A stretch of 64,000 nucleotides of DNA from Candidatus Crickella equi (lineage in GTDB: Bacteria > Bacillota > Clostridia > Peptostreptococcales > Anaerovoracaceae), in contig JAGHUP010000009.1 of the NCBI GenBank assembly GCA_018064755.1, positions 5,701 through 69,700 of the forward strand. The letters are read 5' to 3'. Positions 1-8,804 of this stretch are shown piece after piece. Under the pieces are notes generated by a model, which saw only the letters and a list, made by a program, of their open reading frames with translations, made no database searches and was not told the DNA's origin. Both the position numbers and the translations under genes were made by a program. Within the stretch, counting starts at the first letter, position 1. Every line of letters starts with the position of its first letter.

Positions 1-566
1 ATGCCCTTACTCTCCAGCAGGTAAGCGATAGAGCGGTTTCTTGAGCAAGTCTTCATCTCGCTGTCGAACACATCCTCATTTAAAGTGATGTCCGGATCTG
101 AACAGATAGCTCTGGAGAATCTCAGCATATCCTGGAAGCTTACCTCAGGAAGCAGCAGTCCACAAATTGCCAGTGCGCCTGAATTAATAAGTGGATTGTA
201 AGGTCTTGAATCATTGAGGTCGAGTTCAACAAGTGAGTTAAAAGCTTCGCCTGATGGTTCAGCACCGACTTTATCAAACACCTTTTCAACGCCACAGATC
301 TCAAGAGCTACTATCAGCATAATGATCTTGGATACAGACTGCATTGTAAATCTTACATTGTAATCACCAATGCAGATTTTCTCGCCTGCTAGAGGATACA
401 GACAGATACCGAGCTGGTCAGGATTAACCTTACCGAGCTCAGGAATATATGTTGCAACAGCGCCATGAGGAATCTTCTTTCTAGCCTCTTCCATAGCCGC
501 TTCCACAATTTCCTTAGTCTTGTCTGCGGTTTGAAGTTCATAACTTCTATCAATTGTATCAGTCAT
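1..566 (-). CDS. glsA: glutaminase A, N-terminal ~188 codons (gene runs off the window start)
   Basis: Absent from the ORF track because it is open to the window edge. Reverse-strand translation from the ATG at 566-564 reads MTDTIDRSYELQ..GAVATYIPELGKVNPDQLGI..QSVSKII..EPSGEAFNSLVELD..NPLINSGAL, the conserved glutaminase core pattern. Confidence 0.85.
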   Translation of the reverse strand, partial: MTDTIDRSYELQTADKTKEIVEAAMEEARKKIPHGAVATYIPELGKVNPDQLGICLYPLAGEKICIGDYNVRFTMQSVSKIIMLIVALEICGVEKVFDKVGAEPSGEAFNSLVELDLNDSRPYNPLINSGALAICGLLLPEVSFQDMLRFSRAICSDPDITLNEDVFDSEMKTCSRNRSIAYLLESKG

Positions 567-608
567 AAATGTTACCTTCTATATATAAAAATGTTTCTTG
601 ATATCTAA

Positions 609-641
609 TAAAAAGACTCGCCAACATAAGTCAGCGAGTCT
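609..641 (-). terminator. rho-independent terminator after the NifX/SlyD-like gene
   Basis: Reverse strand: AGACTCGC-12 nt loop-GCGAGTCT followed by TTTTTA. Confidence 0.6.
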
Positions 642-698
642 AATAATACTCTTTTTTAAAGAAATTGTCAAAATTTTGTATTATTGTATACAATTTAT

Positions 699-1556
699 CT
701 AAATTTCTGCAATTTCTACCATCTCAATTTCGAATGTAAGATTCTTTCCTACCAACGGATGATTAGTATCGAATGTAATCTTATCCTCGGTCTTATCGAG
801 AACCAGTGCCTGAACCGGCTGTCCAAGAGCATTAGTCAGAACAACCTGATCTGCAATCTTAAGATCCTCTGAGCCTGGCAACTGAGCAATCTCGATTTCG
901 AATACAGCGTCTGGATTCCTAACGCCATATGCTTCCTGTGGTGGAATTGTAACAGTAACACGCTCTCCAACTTCAAGGTTAGCACATGCTTTGTCAAATC
1001 CAGGAATCATCATTCCAATACCACAGATGAACTCAAGTGGTTCGCCACGGTCATAAGATGAATCGAACTGTGATCCATCATCAAGAGTTCCCTTATAGTG
1101 AACCTTGATTGACTTACCAACGTTAGCGCCTTCCATCATTGGACCACCACCGCAGCCACCTGCGCAACCTGCACATCCGCCGCCACAGTTAGATCCGCAA
1201 CCGCCTTCGGCTTCGTGCTCATGGTCATGATGATCGCAGTTTACGCCTGCGCTCTGCAGTTCGCCTCTTAAGTATGTCATAACAGCTACATCTGTGTCTC
1301 CTTCTGCTCCAGAGAACACCTGAATACCAGCCTGTCCAAGAGCATCAGCAGCACCGGAACCACATCCGCCACAGATGAGTACATCAACTTTCTGATCTGC
1401 AAGCAATCCTGCGAGTGCCTCATGTCCTGTACCATTAGTATTTACAACCTCAGCAGACTTTACTTCACCATCTTCAACGTTGTAAATCTTGAAATTCTCT
1501 GTATGTCCGAAATGCTGGAATACATTTCCATCTTCGTAAGTAACTGCAATCTTCAT
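699..1556 (-). CDS. fusion protein: NifX/NifB-type cofactor-binding domain, His/Cys/Gly-rich linker, FKBP-type peptidyl-prolyl isomerase (SlyD-like)
   Basis: The N-terminus MKIAVTYEDGNVFQHFGHTENFKIY..VDVLICGGCG matches the NifX/NifB C-terminal family pattern. The linker is DHHDHEHEAEGGCGSNCGGGCAGCAGGCGGG. The C-terminus VHYKGTLDDGSQFDSSYDRGEPLEF..IPGFD plus an insert-in-flap region is SlyD-like. Confidence 0.75.
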   Translation of the reverse strand: MKIAVTYEDGNVFQHFGHTENFKIYNVEDGEVKSAEVVNTNGTGHEALAGLLADQKVDVLICGGCGSGAADALGQAGIQVFSGAEGDTDVAVMTYLRGELQSAGVNCDHHDHEHEAEGGCGSNCGGGCAGCAGGCGGGPMMEGANVGKSIKVHYKGTLDDGSQFDSSYDRGEPLEFICGIGMMIPGFDKACANLEVGERVTVTIPPQEAYGVRNPDAVFEIEIAQLPGSEDLKIADQVVLTNALGQPVQALVLDKTEDKITFDTNHPLVGKNLTFEIEMVEIAEI

Positions 1557-1571
1557 TAAATATCTCCTTTT

Positions 1572-2063
1572 CTACTTTCTCCAGCCGAGCTGTTCTATGT
1601 AAGGTTCTAACGAACGTCTAAGTATCTGGCCGAATAAACCAGCAGCAATCAATTCACCTACGAAAACTGTAACGGTGAAATACGCTACCGAGCCTTCGAA
1701 GTTGTACACCAAGGCCAAAACCCACGGTATTATCAGCGTGTTTGCGATAATCGGTGGCAAGCTTGCGAGGACTTTGTGGTTAGCAAGACGCTTTGTTAGA
1801 AGCGCGCCAACAAGTGTAGCTACTGTTCCACAAATAACATCCATCGGTGCACAACCTGTAATAATGTTAGAAACAAGACATCCAACACACAATCCAGGAA
1901 CTGCAGCAGGTGTAAATATAGGCAATATCGTCATTGCTTCAGATAATCTAATCTGTATTATTCCACTTGCAAGACCCAGCAGGTTGGATACCAGTGTTAG
2001 CACAATATAAAGCGCAGCAATAAGTGCTCCCTGCGCAATATTATTTGTTCTATTATTCATCAT
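1572..2063 (-). CDS. queT: queuosine precursor transporter QueT
   Basis: 163-aa multi-TM protein with QueT-like sequence (IQIRLSEAMTILPIF..), sitting directly behind a preQ1 riboswitch. Confidence 0.8.
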   Translation of the reverse strand: MMNNRTNNIAQGALIAALYIVLTLVSNLLGLASGIIQIRLSEAMTILPIFTPAAVPGLCVGCLVSNIITGCAPMDVICGTVATLVGALLTKRLANHKVLASLPPIIANTLIIPWVLALVYNFEGSVAYFTVTVFVGELIAAGLFGQILRRSLEPYIEQLGWRK

Positions 2064-2065
2064 AG

Positions 2066-2107
2066 CTCCTTAGTTTTGTTTTACGTGAGGATGGTTACGA
2101 ACTCACG
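2066..2107 (-). promoter_or_regulatory. preQ1-I riboswitch sequestering the queT Shine-Dalgarno
   Basis: Reverse strand CGUGAG-UUCGUAACCAUC-CUCACG-UAAAACAAAACUAAGGAG. This is a P1 hairpin plus an A-rich tail ending in CUAAGG, very close to the Bacillus/Thermoanaerobacter preQ1-I aptamers recalled from the literature. Confidence 0.8.
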
Positions 2108-2115
2108 AAATTAGT

Positions 2116-2207
2116 TGGCGGAGAGAGGGGGATTTGAACCCCCGCGACGGTATTACCGCCCTACCGGTATTCGAAGCCGGACCCTTCAGCCACTTGGGTA
2201 CCTCTCC
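2116..2207 (-). tRNA. tRNA-Ser (anticodon CGA)
   Basis: Reverse strand GGAGAGG..CCGGC-TTCGAAT-ACCGG..long variable arm..GGGGGTTCAAATCCCCC-TCTCTCC-G-CCA. Cloverleaf with long extra arm and encoded CCA. Confidence 0.9.
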
Positions 2208-2238
2208 ATATTGACGCCGTCAAGATTGACGGCGAGTT

Positions 2239-3588
2239 TTATTGTAGCATATTATTGCTTCTTTCTCTAGCCCTCTTCTCACGAAGTGCTGCAAGTCTCT
2301 TCTCGCGTTGTTTCCTATTATATCTGCGTATCAGCATCAGCGCTGTGGCAAGAACCACAATTGTCATTACAAGAATAATTCCAACCTTGTCTGAAATATA
2401 GATATTAGACAGAATCATACCTGTCTGAACATCCTCAGCCAGCATCACATTACGCTTAGCAACTAACTTCCTGCTGACATAGACCTCATAAGTTCCAACC
2501 TTGGTGCCCTTCTTAAGAGGAGCCTTGACCTTGTCATAGTGAATCTTTACCCTGACTTTGCCCTTTCGCATTTTCTTAGGATAAGCGTGGACTCTTTTCT
2601 CAAGGATGGTCTTTACATGAGTATGCTTTCCGTGTTTAACCCACACTTTACCGGTATCTGCTCCAGCTTCATCTACCACATATCCTGGTGTTACCTTGTG
2701 TGCAAATTTGAGTAAGTTCTCTACGTCTTCTTCTCTGCCTTCGTCAGTATCTTTCAGCAAGATTAGAATAGCAGTAAGTTCATTCTTATTATATTCAAGA
2801 GCTACTGAGCAATCGCTTGTACTCCAGAATCCACTCTTGCCGCCGAGCACTCCGGATTTCTTTTTGTCGGTCAGAGTGATATGAGTCTTCATCTTACGTG
2901 CCTCGAACTTGTTAGTTTTAGGCATTTTGTACTTTCTTGTAGTCGCAATCTTATGAAGATACTCATCATCGAACACATGCTGTGTAATAGTCAGAAGATC
3001 GTTAGCCGTCGTATAGTGATCAGCTGCCTTCCATCCTGTCGGATTAACAAAATGAGTATTCTTACAGCCCCAGTCAGCGACTGTGTCGTTCATTTCATCT
3101 ACGAAGGCGTCAATATCTCCATCGCAAGTGGCTTCAGCTAGAGCTGTTGCTGCATCATTACCAGACAATATCATAGCTCCATGGAGAAGTTGATCTACAG
3201 TTACCTTCTCCCCTGGGACCAACTTCATAGTTGAACCCTCGGAACTATCATTGGCAGCCCTCTTGGATATCACAACCACTTCATCCTTATCCAACTCCTG
3301 TGTAGCAACATAACAAGTTACTAGCTTGGTAATACTATATGGTGCATACTGAGTATCTGCATTTTTGCTGTATACAACCTGGTCGAGGTCCTCTGAATAG
3401 AGAACAGCAGCCTTAGCTCTAATATCCGGAGCTTTCGCATTTATATCACCACAAGGTATCATTTCTCCCTTGTGACCTGAAGTAAAGATAATAAAAAGTA
3501 GCACTATAATAAGGAGCAACCCTATAATGATTGCCCTCATCTTTATTCTGTTAGACTTCTTGTAATTACTTTCCTTACTTCTTGCCAT
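2239..3588 (-). CDS. D-alanyl-D-alanine carboxypeptidase (PBP5/6-type serine peptidase) with C-terminal membrane anchor
   Basis: SITK (SxxK), SGN and KSG motifs, N-terminal TM segment, C-terminal TM plus basic tail. Confidence 0.8.
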   Translation of the reverse strand: MARSKESNYKKSNRIKMRAIIIGLLLIIVLLFIIFTSGHKGEMIPCGDINAKAPDIRAKAAVLYSEDLDQVVYSKNADTQYAPYSITKLVTCYVATQELDKDEVVVISKRAANDSSEGSTMKLVPGEKVTVDQLLHGAMILSGNDAATALAEATCDGDIDAFVDEMNDTVADWGCKNTHFVNPTGWKAADHYTTANDLLTITQHVFDDEYLHKIATTRKYKMPKTNKFEARKMKTHITLTDKKKSGVLGGKSGFWSTSDCSVALEYNKNELTAILILLKDTDEGREEDVENLLKFAHKVTPGYVVDEAGADTGKVWVKHGKHTHVKTILEKRVHAYPKKMRKGKVRVKIHYDKVKAPLKKGTKVGTYEVYVSRKLVAKRNVMLAEDVQTGMILSNIYISDKVGIILVMTIVVLATALMLIRRYNRKQREKRLAALREKRARERSNNMLQ

Positions 3589-4535
3589 TAGAGATATACC
3601 ACGTTAATTGCATCTTTAATTACTTCAATTGTCAGTTTTCCAGTCTCAAACATTTCGCCATCTCCAACGTACTTCATTTTTCCGTTGTTAGGTTCAATCT
3701 CAATTTTCTTAGCCTGACGATATTTGTAGAGCTTGCCGCCCTGGTCGTCGATATCGAAGATTTTTCCGCCCTTATATTTAGGTACCATTGAAACGAATTT
3801 TGCTCTGGATATATTATTTACAACCAACAGCTCCAGCAGCCCATCGCTGAGGTCGGCTCTAGGACAGCTCTCAAATCCACCACCGCAGAATCCACCATTA
3901 CCAACTGTTGTGAGCAGCAGTGGTCCATCATGAACAAGCTCTCCATCAGCAGTAATCTTAAGGTCCTCGCCTTTCTTAAGTGCCAGGCACTGTGTTACTG
4001 CCAAGATATATGAACCTGTTCCGGATACACCTGGAAGAGTCTTAAGCTCATGAGCTCTGATACAAGCATTTCCATCAAATCCAATATTGATGCCGTTATC
4101 GCAGATATGGCTAACGTCCTTGCCATTCTCTTCCCAAGTCATCTTGATTAAGTCAATCTTCTTAACAGGAGCATCGATGTGTGCGGAAAGATTTTTGTAC
4201 TTCACACCTTCATTAAGACCACCACCGAGAGCTCTGGCAAAGTCATTACCACTTCCTACAGGAACAACTGCAAGCACTGCATTGTTGTGTCCATAAACAC
4301 CATTAACAACCTCATGAATAGTTCCGTCTCCGCCACATGCGAATACAGTAACCTTGTCTTCGGTTTCTTTTAGAATCTGATCAGCCAGAACAGTAGCGTC
4401 CTTCTCTCCTCTTGTATAGTAAATCTTAATATCCTTATCCGGATGCGCTTTCATCAACTGTTCGATGCGAGGCACGAGCTCTTTCTTATTCTTGCCCTGT
4501 CCAGATGCTGGATTAACGATAAATACATACTTCAT
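3588..4535 (-). CDS. diacylglycerol/lipid kinase family protein (YegS/DagK-like)
   Basis: NPASGQGK start and the ACGGDGT catalytic-domain motif. Confidence 0.8.
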   Translation of the reverse strand: MKYVFIVNPASGQGKNKKELVPRIEQLMKAHPDKDIKIYYTRGEKDATVLADQILKETEDKVTVFACGGDGTIHEVVNGVYGHNNAVLAVVPVGSGNDFARALGGGLNEGVKYKNLSAHIDAPVKKIDLIKMTWEENGKDVSHICDNGINIGFDGNACIRAHELKTLPGVSGTGSYILAVTQCLALKKGEDLKITADGELVHDGPLLLTTVGNGGFCGGGFESCPRADLSDGLLELLVVNNISRAKFVSMVPKYKGGKIFDIDDQGGKLYKYRQAKKIEIEPNNGKMKYVGDGEMFETGKLTIEVIKDAINVVYL

Positions 4536-4547
4536 TAATTTGCTCCT

Positions 4548-5273
4548 TTATAGATAACCACCATTGCTGTCATAGATTGCCTTAGGTATGCAACCCAGAT
4601 AATCCAGTGATACTAATTTGTATTGAATGCCTCTGTGCAAACCCTTGATTCCTGCTCCAAATGCTACCGGTCCATGCAGATGTCCGTATACGCATAACTT
4701 CACGCCGTAGTCCTCGAGTAATGCGGTAAGCTCTGTTGATTTGCCCGAGATATCGCTTGGTGGATAATGAAGTGCTACGACCAAATCGGCATCTGGTGCG
4801 AGTGACTTAGCGGCGTCAAGGCCGAGTTTTAATCTCTGCAGCTCGCGACGGTATATCTTCTCATCGTGCTCGCTATACTCATCTGAGCCAGGATAAGGCC
4901 AACCTCTTGTTGCACATACGACAATATTCTCCGACTCCACATAGTAGCAATCGTTCTGGAGGAATACGACGTCATCGTACAGTGAATTCAGATAATTGAT
5001 GCGACTCCACCACAGATCATGATTGCCTTTGGAAATCAGCTTGGTACCCGGCAGTTCATGGATCCACTTGATGTCGGTCAACGCCTCTTCAAGACGAAGT
5101 CCCCAAGAAATGTCCCCAGGTATCAGCACAATATCTTCATCAGATACTCGCTCAATCCAGGCAGCCTTAAGACGTTCCACGTGGTTCTCCCAACCAACGC
5201 CGAACATATCCATAGGCTTATCCACGCGTTCATCAAACGCGAGATGTAAATCTGCAATTGCGAATATCTTCAT
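4548..5273 (-). CDS. metallophosphoesterase
   Basis: IADLHL, GDISW, GNHD and GHLH calcineurin-like motifs. Confidence 0.75.
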   Translation of the reverse strand: MKIFAIADLHLAFDERVDKPMDMFGVGWENHVERLKAAWIERVSDEDIVLIPGDISWGLRLEEALTDIKWIHELPGTKLISKGNHDLWWSRINYLNSLYDDVVFLQNDCYYVESENIVVCATRGWPYPGSDEYSEHDEKIYRRELQRLKLGLDAAKSLAPDADLVVALHYPPSDISGKSTELTALLEDYGVKLCVYGHLHGPVAFGAGIKGLHRGIQYKLVSLDYLGCIPKAIYDSNGGYL

Positions 5274-5281
5274 TCTTTCCT

Positions 5282-6391
5282 CTACTTCAGCAAATTATCT
5301 ATTGGGCTTTCCGGCTCATCGAGAACCATAACATCCCTGAGTTTGCGATTAATCGCATTAGTTCTTGTTGTCTCGAGCTTCTCGAGTTCCTGATCCGCGA
5401 GGCGGATTTTGTCACGAGCCTTGTCGAGAACATCGGCAAAGTTAGCAAATTCCTTCTTAACCTCAGCCAGAGTCTTCCATACCTCGCTGGACTTCTTCTC
5501 AATAGCCAGAGTATTGAATCCCATCTGAAGGCTGTTAAGGAGCGCCGCCATTGTAGTTGGACCGGCGATTGTAACTTTGTATTCTCTCTGAAGTTCCTCT
5601 ACCATTCCCATATTAACGGCCTCAGCATAGAGTCCTTCGAATGGCAGGAACATGATACCAAAATCTGTTGTATCAGGCGGCGCGATATACTTGGTCTGAA
5701 TATCCTTGGCTTCTGTTTTGAGACGAGTTCTAAGTGCTGTCTTGGCCTTGGCAATCAGGTCCTTGTCAGCTGTCTCATATGCATCCATTACAGCTGCATA
5801 AGCCTCTCCCGGGAACTTAGAGTCGATAGGAAGATAAACGATATCCTCTCCATCTCCTGGAAGTCTGATAGCAAACTCAACGCGATTGGTGCTTCCCTTA
5901 ACAGTAGCAACATTCTCGTCATACTGTTCGTGATTCAGTATCTGTTCAAGAATGGCAGCAAGCTGAACCTCACCCAGAATTCCACGAGTCTTAACATTGG
6001 ACAGAATCTTCTTCAGATCTCCAACGCTACCAGCAACTGACTGCATCTCGCCGAGGCTCTTGTATACCTCGCCCAATTTGTCGTCCAAAGTCTGGCGCAT
6101 TGTGTCCATCTGAGTGTTATTCTCATTTCTCATGCGGGCAAAACTCTCTTCGAGAGCCTTGAGTCTTGTATCCTGAGCATCACTCATTGCCTTCTGGTTG
6201 GTCGCAACAAGGTCGCCATAAGCCTTGAAGTATGAGTCCAGCTTGGCATTGTTCTGATCAAGCTTACTTGACTGCTGCTCCATCTTAGTAAGAGCATACT
6301 TGGTGCGTGCCAATGACAGCAGTCCAATTAACAGTGTTGCCAGCAGAACAACTCCGCCTACTATTACGATGATAAGTGTTGTCTTATCCAT
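5282..6391 (-). CDS. rmuC: DNA recombination protein RmuC
   Basis: N-terminal TM, coiled coil, RmuC-domain pattern (..FAIRLPGD..YLPIDSKFP..MFLPFEGLY..). Confidence 0.8.
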   Translation of the reverse strand: MDKTTLIIVIVGGVVLLATLLIGLLSLARTKYALTKMEQQSSKLDQNNAKLDSYFKAYGDLVATNQKAMSDAQDTRLKALEESFARMRNENNTQMDTMRQTLDDKLGEVYKSLGEMQSVAGSVGDLKKILSNVKTRGILGEVQLAAILEQILNHEQYDENVATVKGSTNRVEFAIRLPGDGEDIVYLPIDSKFPGEAYAAVMDAYETADKDLIAKAKTALRTRLKTEAKDIQTKYIAPPDTTDFGIMFLPFEGLYAEAVNMGMVEELQREYKVTIAGPTTMAALLNSLQMGFNTLAIEKKSSEVWKTLAEVKKEFANFADVLDKARDKIRLADQELEKLETTRTNAINRKLRDVMVLDEPESPIDNLLK

Positions 6392-6401
6392 AAATCTCCT
6401 C

Positions 6402-7136
6402 TTAGTTCAGTTTGTCATCTACGAATTTGAAAATTGCATCGGTATTCTCGAGAACAATCTGAGTGAATCCATCCTTGTTGACCAGATATCTTGCCAGCTT
6501 GCCCTGCTGCAGATCAGCAAGGTCATTTGCAAGAATGTAATCCATATCGTTCTTATTGCACAGAGCTGTTGCAACATCGAAGAGTTCACCCTTCTCTACA
6601 TTATCCAGAAGTTTGCAGCCAATCAGCAGAGTCTTAGGATACCAGAATCTCAGCTTGCTGATAATCTTAGTAGTCAGTCCCAGCTTAACTGTCAGGTTCT
6701 TCTGATAGCTTGAGATCTTGCTGGAGTTATCAATCTTGCATTTAGGGTCTTCCATGATTCTAAGGATGTCCTCAGCACTCTTAATCTTAGGCAGAGCCTT
6801 ATAAATCTCATCTGCCATATCTTCCAGCAGGAAAGTGAAATCTCCCTTATAATCGCCAACAGCAGCCGCATGGATGATAGCATCGGTATCATCTAATCTA
6901 GCCTCATTCTCCAGCGCTGCGAGCATATCTTCGGTATTCTCAACGCGAACAATTCTTAAGTTGTCGCGTGGCTCCATCTTAACCATATTGTTCAGGATGG
7001 CTACCACTTCATATCCATGGCTAGCAAAAGTCTCAGCAAGAGCCACGCTAGTACCTCCTGTTGACATATTAGTAATCTTCATGACCTCATCGATTCTCTC
7101 GTTGGTAGGTCCCCCTGTGATGATAATCTTCTTCAT
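6402..7136 (-). CDS. coaB: phosphopantothenate--cysteine ligase (CoaB-type)
   Basis: MKKIIITGGPTNERIDEVMKITNMSTGG resembles stand-alone streptococcal-type CoaB. Confidence 0.7.
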   Translation of the reverse strand: MKKIIITGGPTNERIDEVMKITNMSTGGTSVALAETFASHGYEVVAILNNMVKMEPRDNLRIVRVENTEDMLAALENEARLDDTDAIIHAAAVGDYKGDFTFLLEDMADEIYKALPKIKSAEDILRIMEDPKCKIDNSSKISSYQKNLTVKLGLTTKIISKLRFWYPKTLLIGCKLLDNVEKGELFDVATALCNKNDMDYILANDLADLQQGKLARYLVNKDGFTQIVLENTDAIFKFVDDKLN

Positions 7137-7798
7137 TTTACTATCTCCTTAATTACGTAGCCCGCGAGCTCCAGTCCCATAGCACCAGGGACGTATGGCA
7201 TGCTGCCCAGTTCTCCATCTCTTGGAATAGGTTTCTCTTCTGAGAAAACAACTGGCAGGTGCTCAATACCTTCTGCTCTAAGTCTTTTTCTCATTACTTT
7301 AGCGAGCGGGCACATATTAGTTTTGCTGATATCTGCTGCTTTGAAATAGGTCTCAAACTTTCCAGCAGCCCCCATAGCCGAAATGATGTTCACTCCAGCT
7401 GCCTGTGCATTCTTGATAAGCGCTACCTTAGCATCTACATCATCTATTGCATCAATAATCCAATCGTATGATGATATGTCCAGATTTTTATCCGGATAGA
7501 AAGCAGCCATTCCGCTAGCATTACACTCCGGATTGATGTCCTTAATGCGCTCGGCCATTACAAGAGCTTTGTTCTTGCCGATGGTGGATGCCAGAGCTAC
7601 GAGTTGGCGGTTGAGGTTGCTGGCAGCAACCTGGTCACCGTCCATGACGGTGACGGTTCCTACGCCGGCACGGGATATTGCTTCGGCAGCGTAGGAACCC
7701 ACGCCGCCAACGCCGACGATTAGCACCTTCGCCTCCTTTAGCTTGGCCATCCCTGCCTCGCCTACCATCTGAATTGTTCTAGCATCTCTGTTTTCCAT
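7133..7798 (-). CDS. tcdA: tRNA threonylcarbamoyladenosine dehydratase (ThiF/HesA family)
   Basis: GVGGVGS Rossmann motif, ThiF-family layout, 4-nt overlap with coaB. Confidence 0.75.
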   Translation of the reverse strand: MENRDARTIQMVGEAGMAKLKEAKVLIVGVGGVGSYAAEAISRAGVGTVTVMDGDQVAASNLNRQLVALASTIGKNKALVMAERIKDINPECNASGMAAFYPDKNLDISSYDWIIDAIDDVDAKVALIKNAQAAGVNIISAMGAAGKFETYFKAADISKTNMCPLAKVMRKRLRAEGIEHLPVVFSEEKPIPRDGELGSMPYVPGAMGLELAGYVIKEIVK

Positions 7799-7809
7799 TA
7801 TTATCTCAC

Positions 7810-8304
7810 TTAGCTTAATTTACTATTGTCCCACCTACGCATCTCATCGAGCACGCGATAGATGTCATCACGCTTGAATCCACGGGATTCGAGTTTACGA
7901 GCCACCTTGGCTATGAGCTTATCATCTACTTCAGTGAACTCTTCCTTGCGAGCTACCTCTAGAGCGAGCTCGTACTCGTCGATCTTATTCTCATAGAGGT
8001 AATCTTCGAGTGCAAACTTAACAGTCTGCTTATCTACGCCCTTTTCCTCCAGCTCTCGCATTGCACGAAAGCTACCGCGGTGTTTTTCCGTATTATATTC
8101 ATAGTATCTGACTGCATAAGCATAGTCATCCAGGTACTTCAGCCCGATGAGATCATTAATAGTTTCCTCAATCTCATTTTCGCTGAATTCCTTCTCCTTG
8201 AGATGCTTTCTCATCTCCTCAACCGTTCTCATGCGGTTGGACAGATATGATGCTGCAACCTCCATCGCAGTCTTCTTTGCTTTGCTTTTCTCTTTATCTG
8301 CCAT
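7810..8304 (-). CDS. recX: recombination regulator RecX
   Basis: 164-aa helical-repeat protein with RecX-like YLDDYAYA and repeated three-helix units. Confidence 0.7.
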   Translation of the reverse strand: MADKEKSKAKKTAMEVAASYLSNRMRTVEEMRKHLKEKEFSENEIEETINDLIGLKYLDDYAYAVRYYEYNTEKHRGSFRAMRELEEKGVDKQTVKFALEDYLYENKIDEYELALEVARKEEFTEVDDKLIAKVARKLESRGFKRDDIYRVLDEMRRWDNSKLS

Positions 8305-8305
8305 A

Positions 8306-8800
8306 CTACAGTTCTATTATCTTAATCTCGTCTATTGTCTTGGCGCACACAGCTGCATGATCAATGCCAGGAATACTAATATCCTTCAGCTGCCATGTCA
8401 CACCCTCGTATTCAACTTCATCAGCCAAAGTACTAGGCAAGCCTGAATCTATAATTCCTGTTCCCGCTGCTTTGACCATTGCCTCGCGTCTTGTCCAGAT
8501 GCGGAAGAATGCATCTTCATCTTCAGCAACAACTGCTGACTCATCAGGATGATACCAACGCTTGGCAATCTTTAATTCATCAGCTGTTCTCTCAAACTGG
8601 ATATCCAATCCACATTCTTCATCGGCTACCAAGACCGCCCAGCTTCCCTCACTGTGGGATATCGAGAAATACCTGCCGCCAGGAATAAATGGTTTGCCGG
8701 CCTCGCTTTTTGTTAGTCCCCCAATACTACCGAGAACCTTTTCCAGCAGCTTGTGACTATCATTCCTATTCTTGAAACTGTTTGTATAGTATAATTCCAA
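8306..8800 (-). CDS. 4'-phosphopantetheinyl transferase (Sfp-type, short)
   Basis: WTRREAMVKA (W/FxxKEAxxKA motif) and GLDIQ motif. Confidence 0.7.
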   Translation of the reverse strand: MELYYTNSFKNRNDSHKLLEKVLGSIGGLTKSEAGKPFIPGGRYFSISHSEGSWAVLVADEECGLDIQFERTADELKIAKRWYHPDESAVVAEDEDAFFRIWTRREAMVKAAGTGIIDSGLPSTLADEVEYEGVTWQLKDISIPGIDHAAVCAKTIDEIKIIEL

Positions 8801-8804
8801 AATC

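Noticed and set aside
5258-6040. Long plus-strand ORFs in the track, e.g. 5258-6040, 39841-40578, 55231-55992, 55877-56647, 28583-29086, 50649-51137.
   Set aside because: Each lies antisense to a well-supported minus-strand gene (rmuC, yfcC-like, pyc, typA, gdhA, DUF554). They have low-complexity Ser/Leu-rich translations, no SD, and are typical shadow ORFs.
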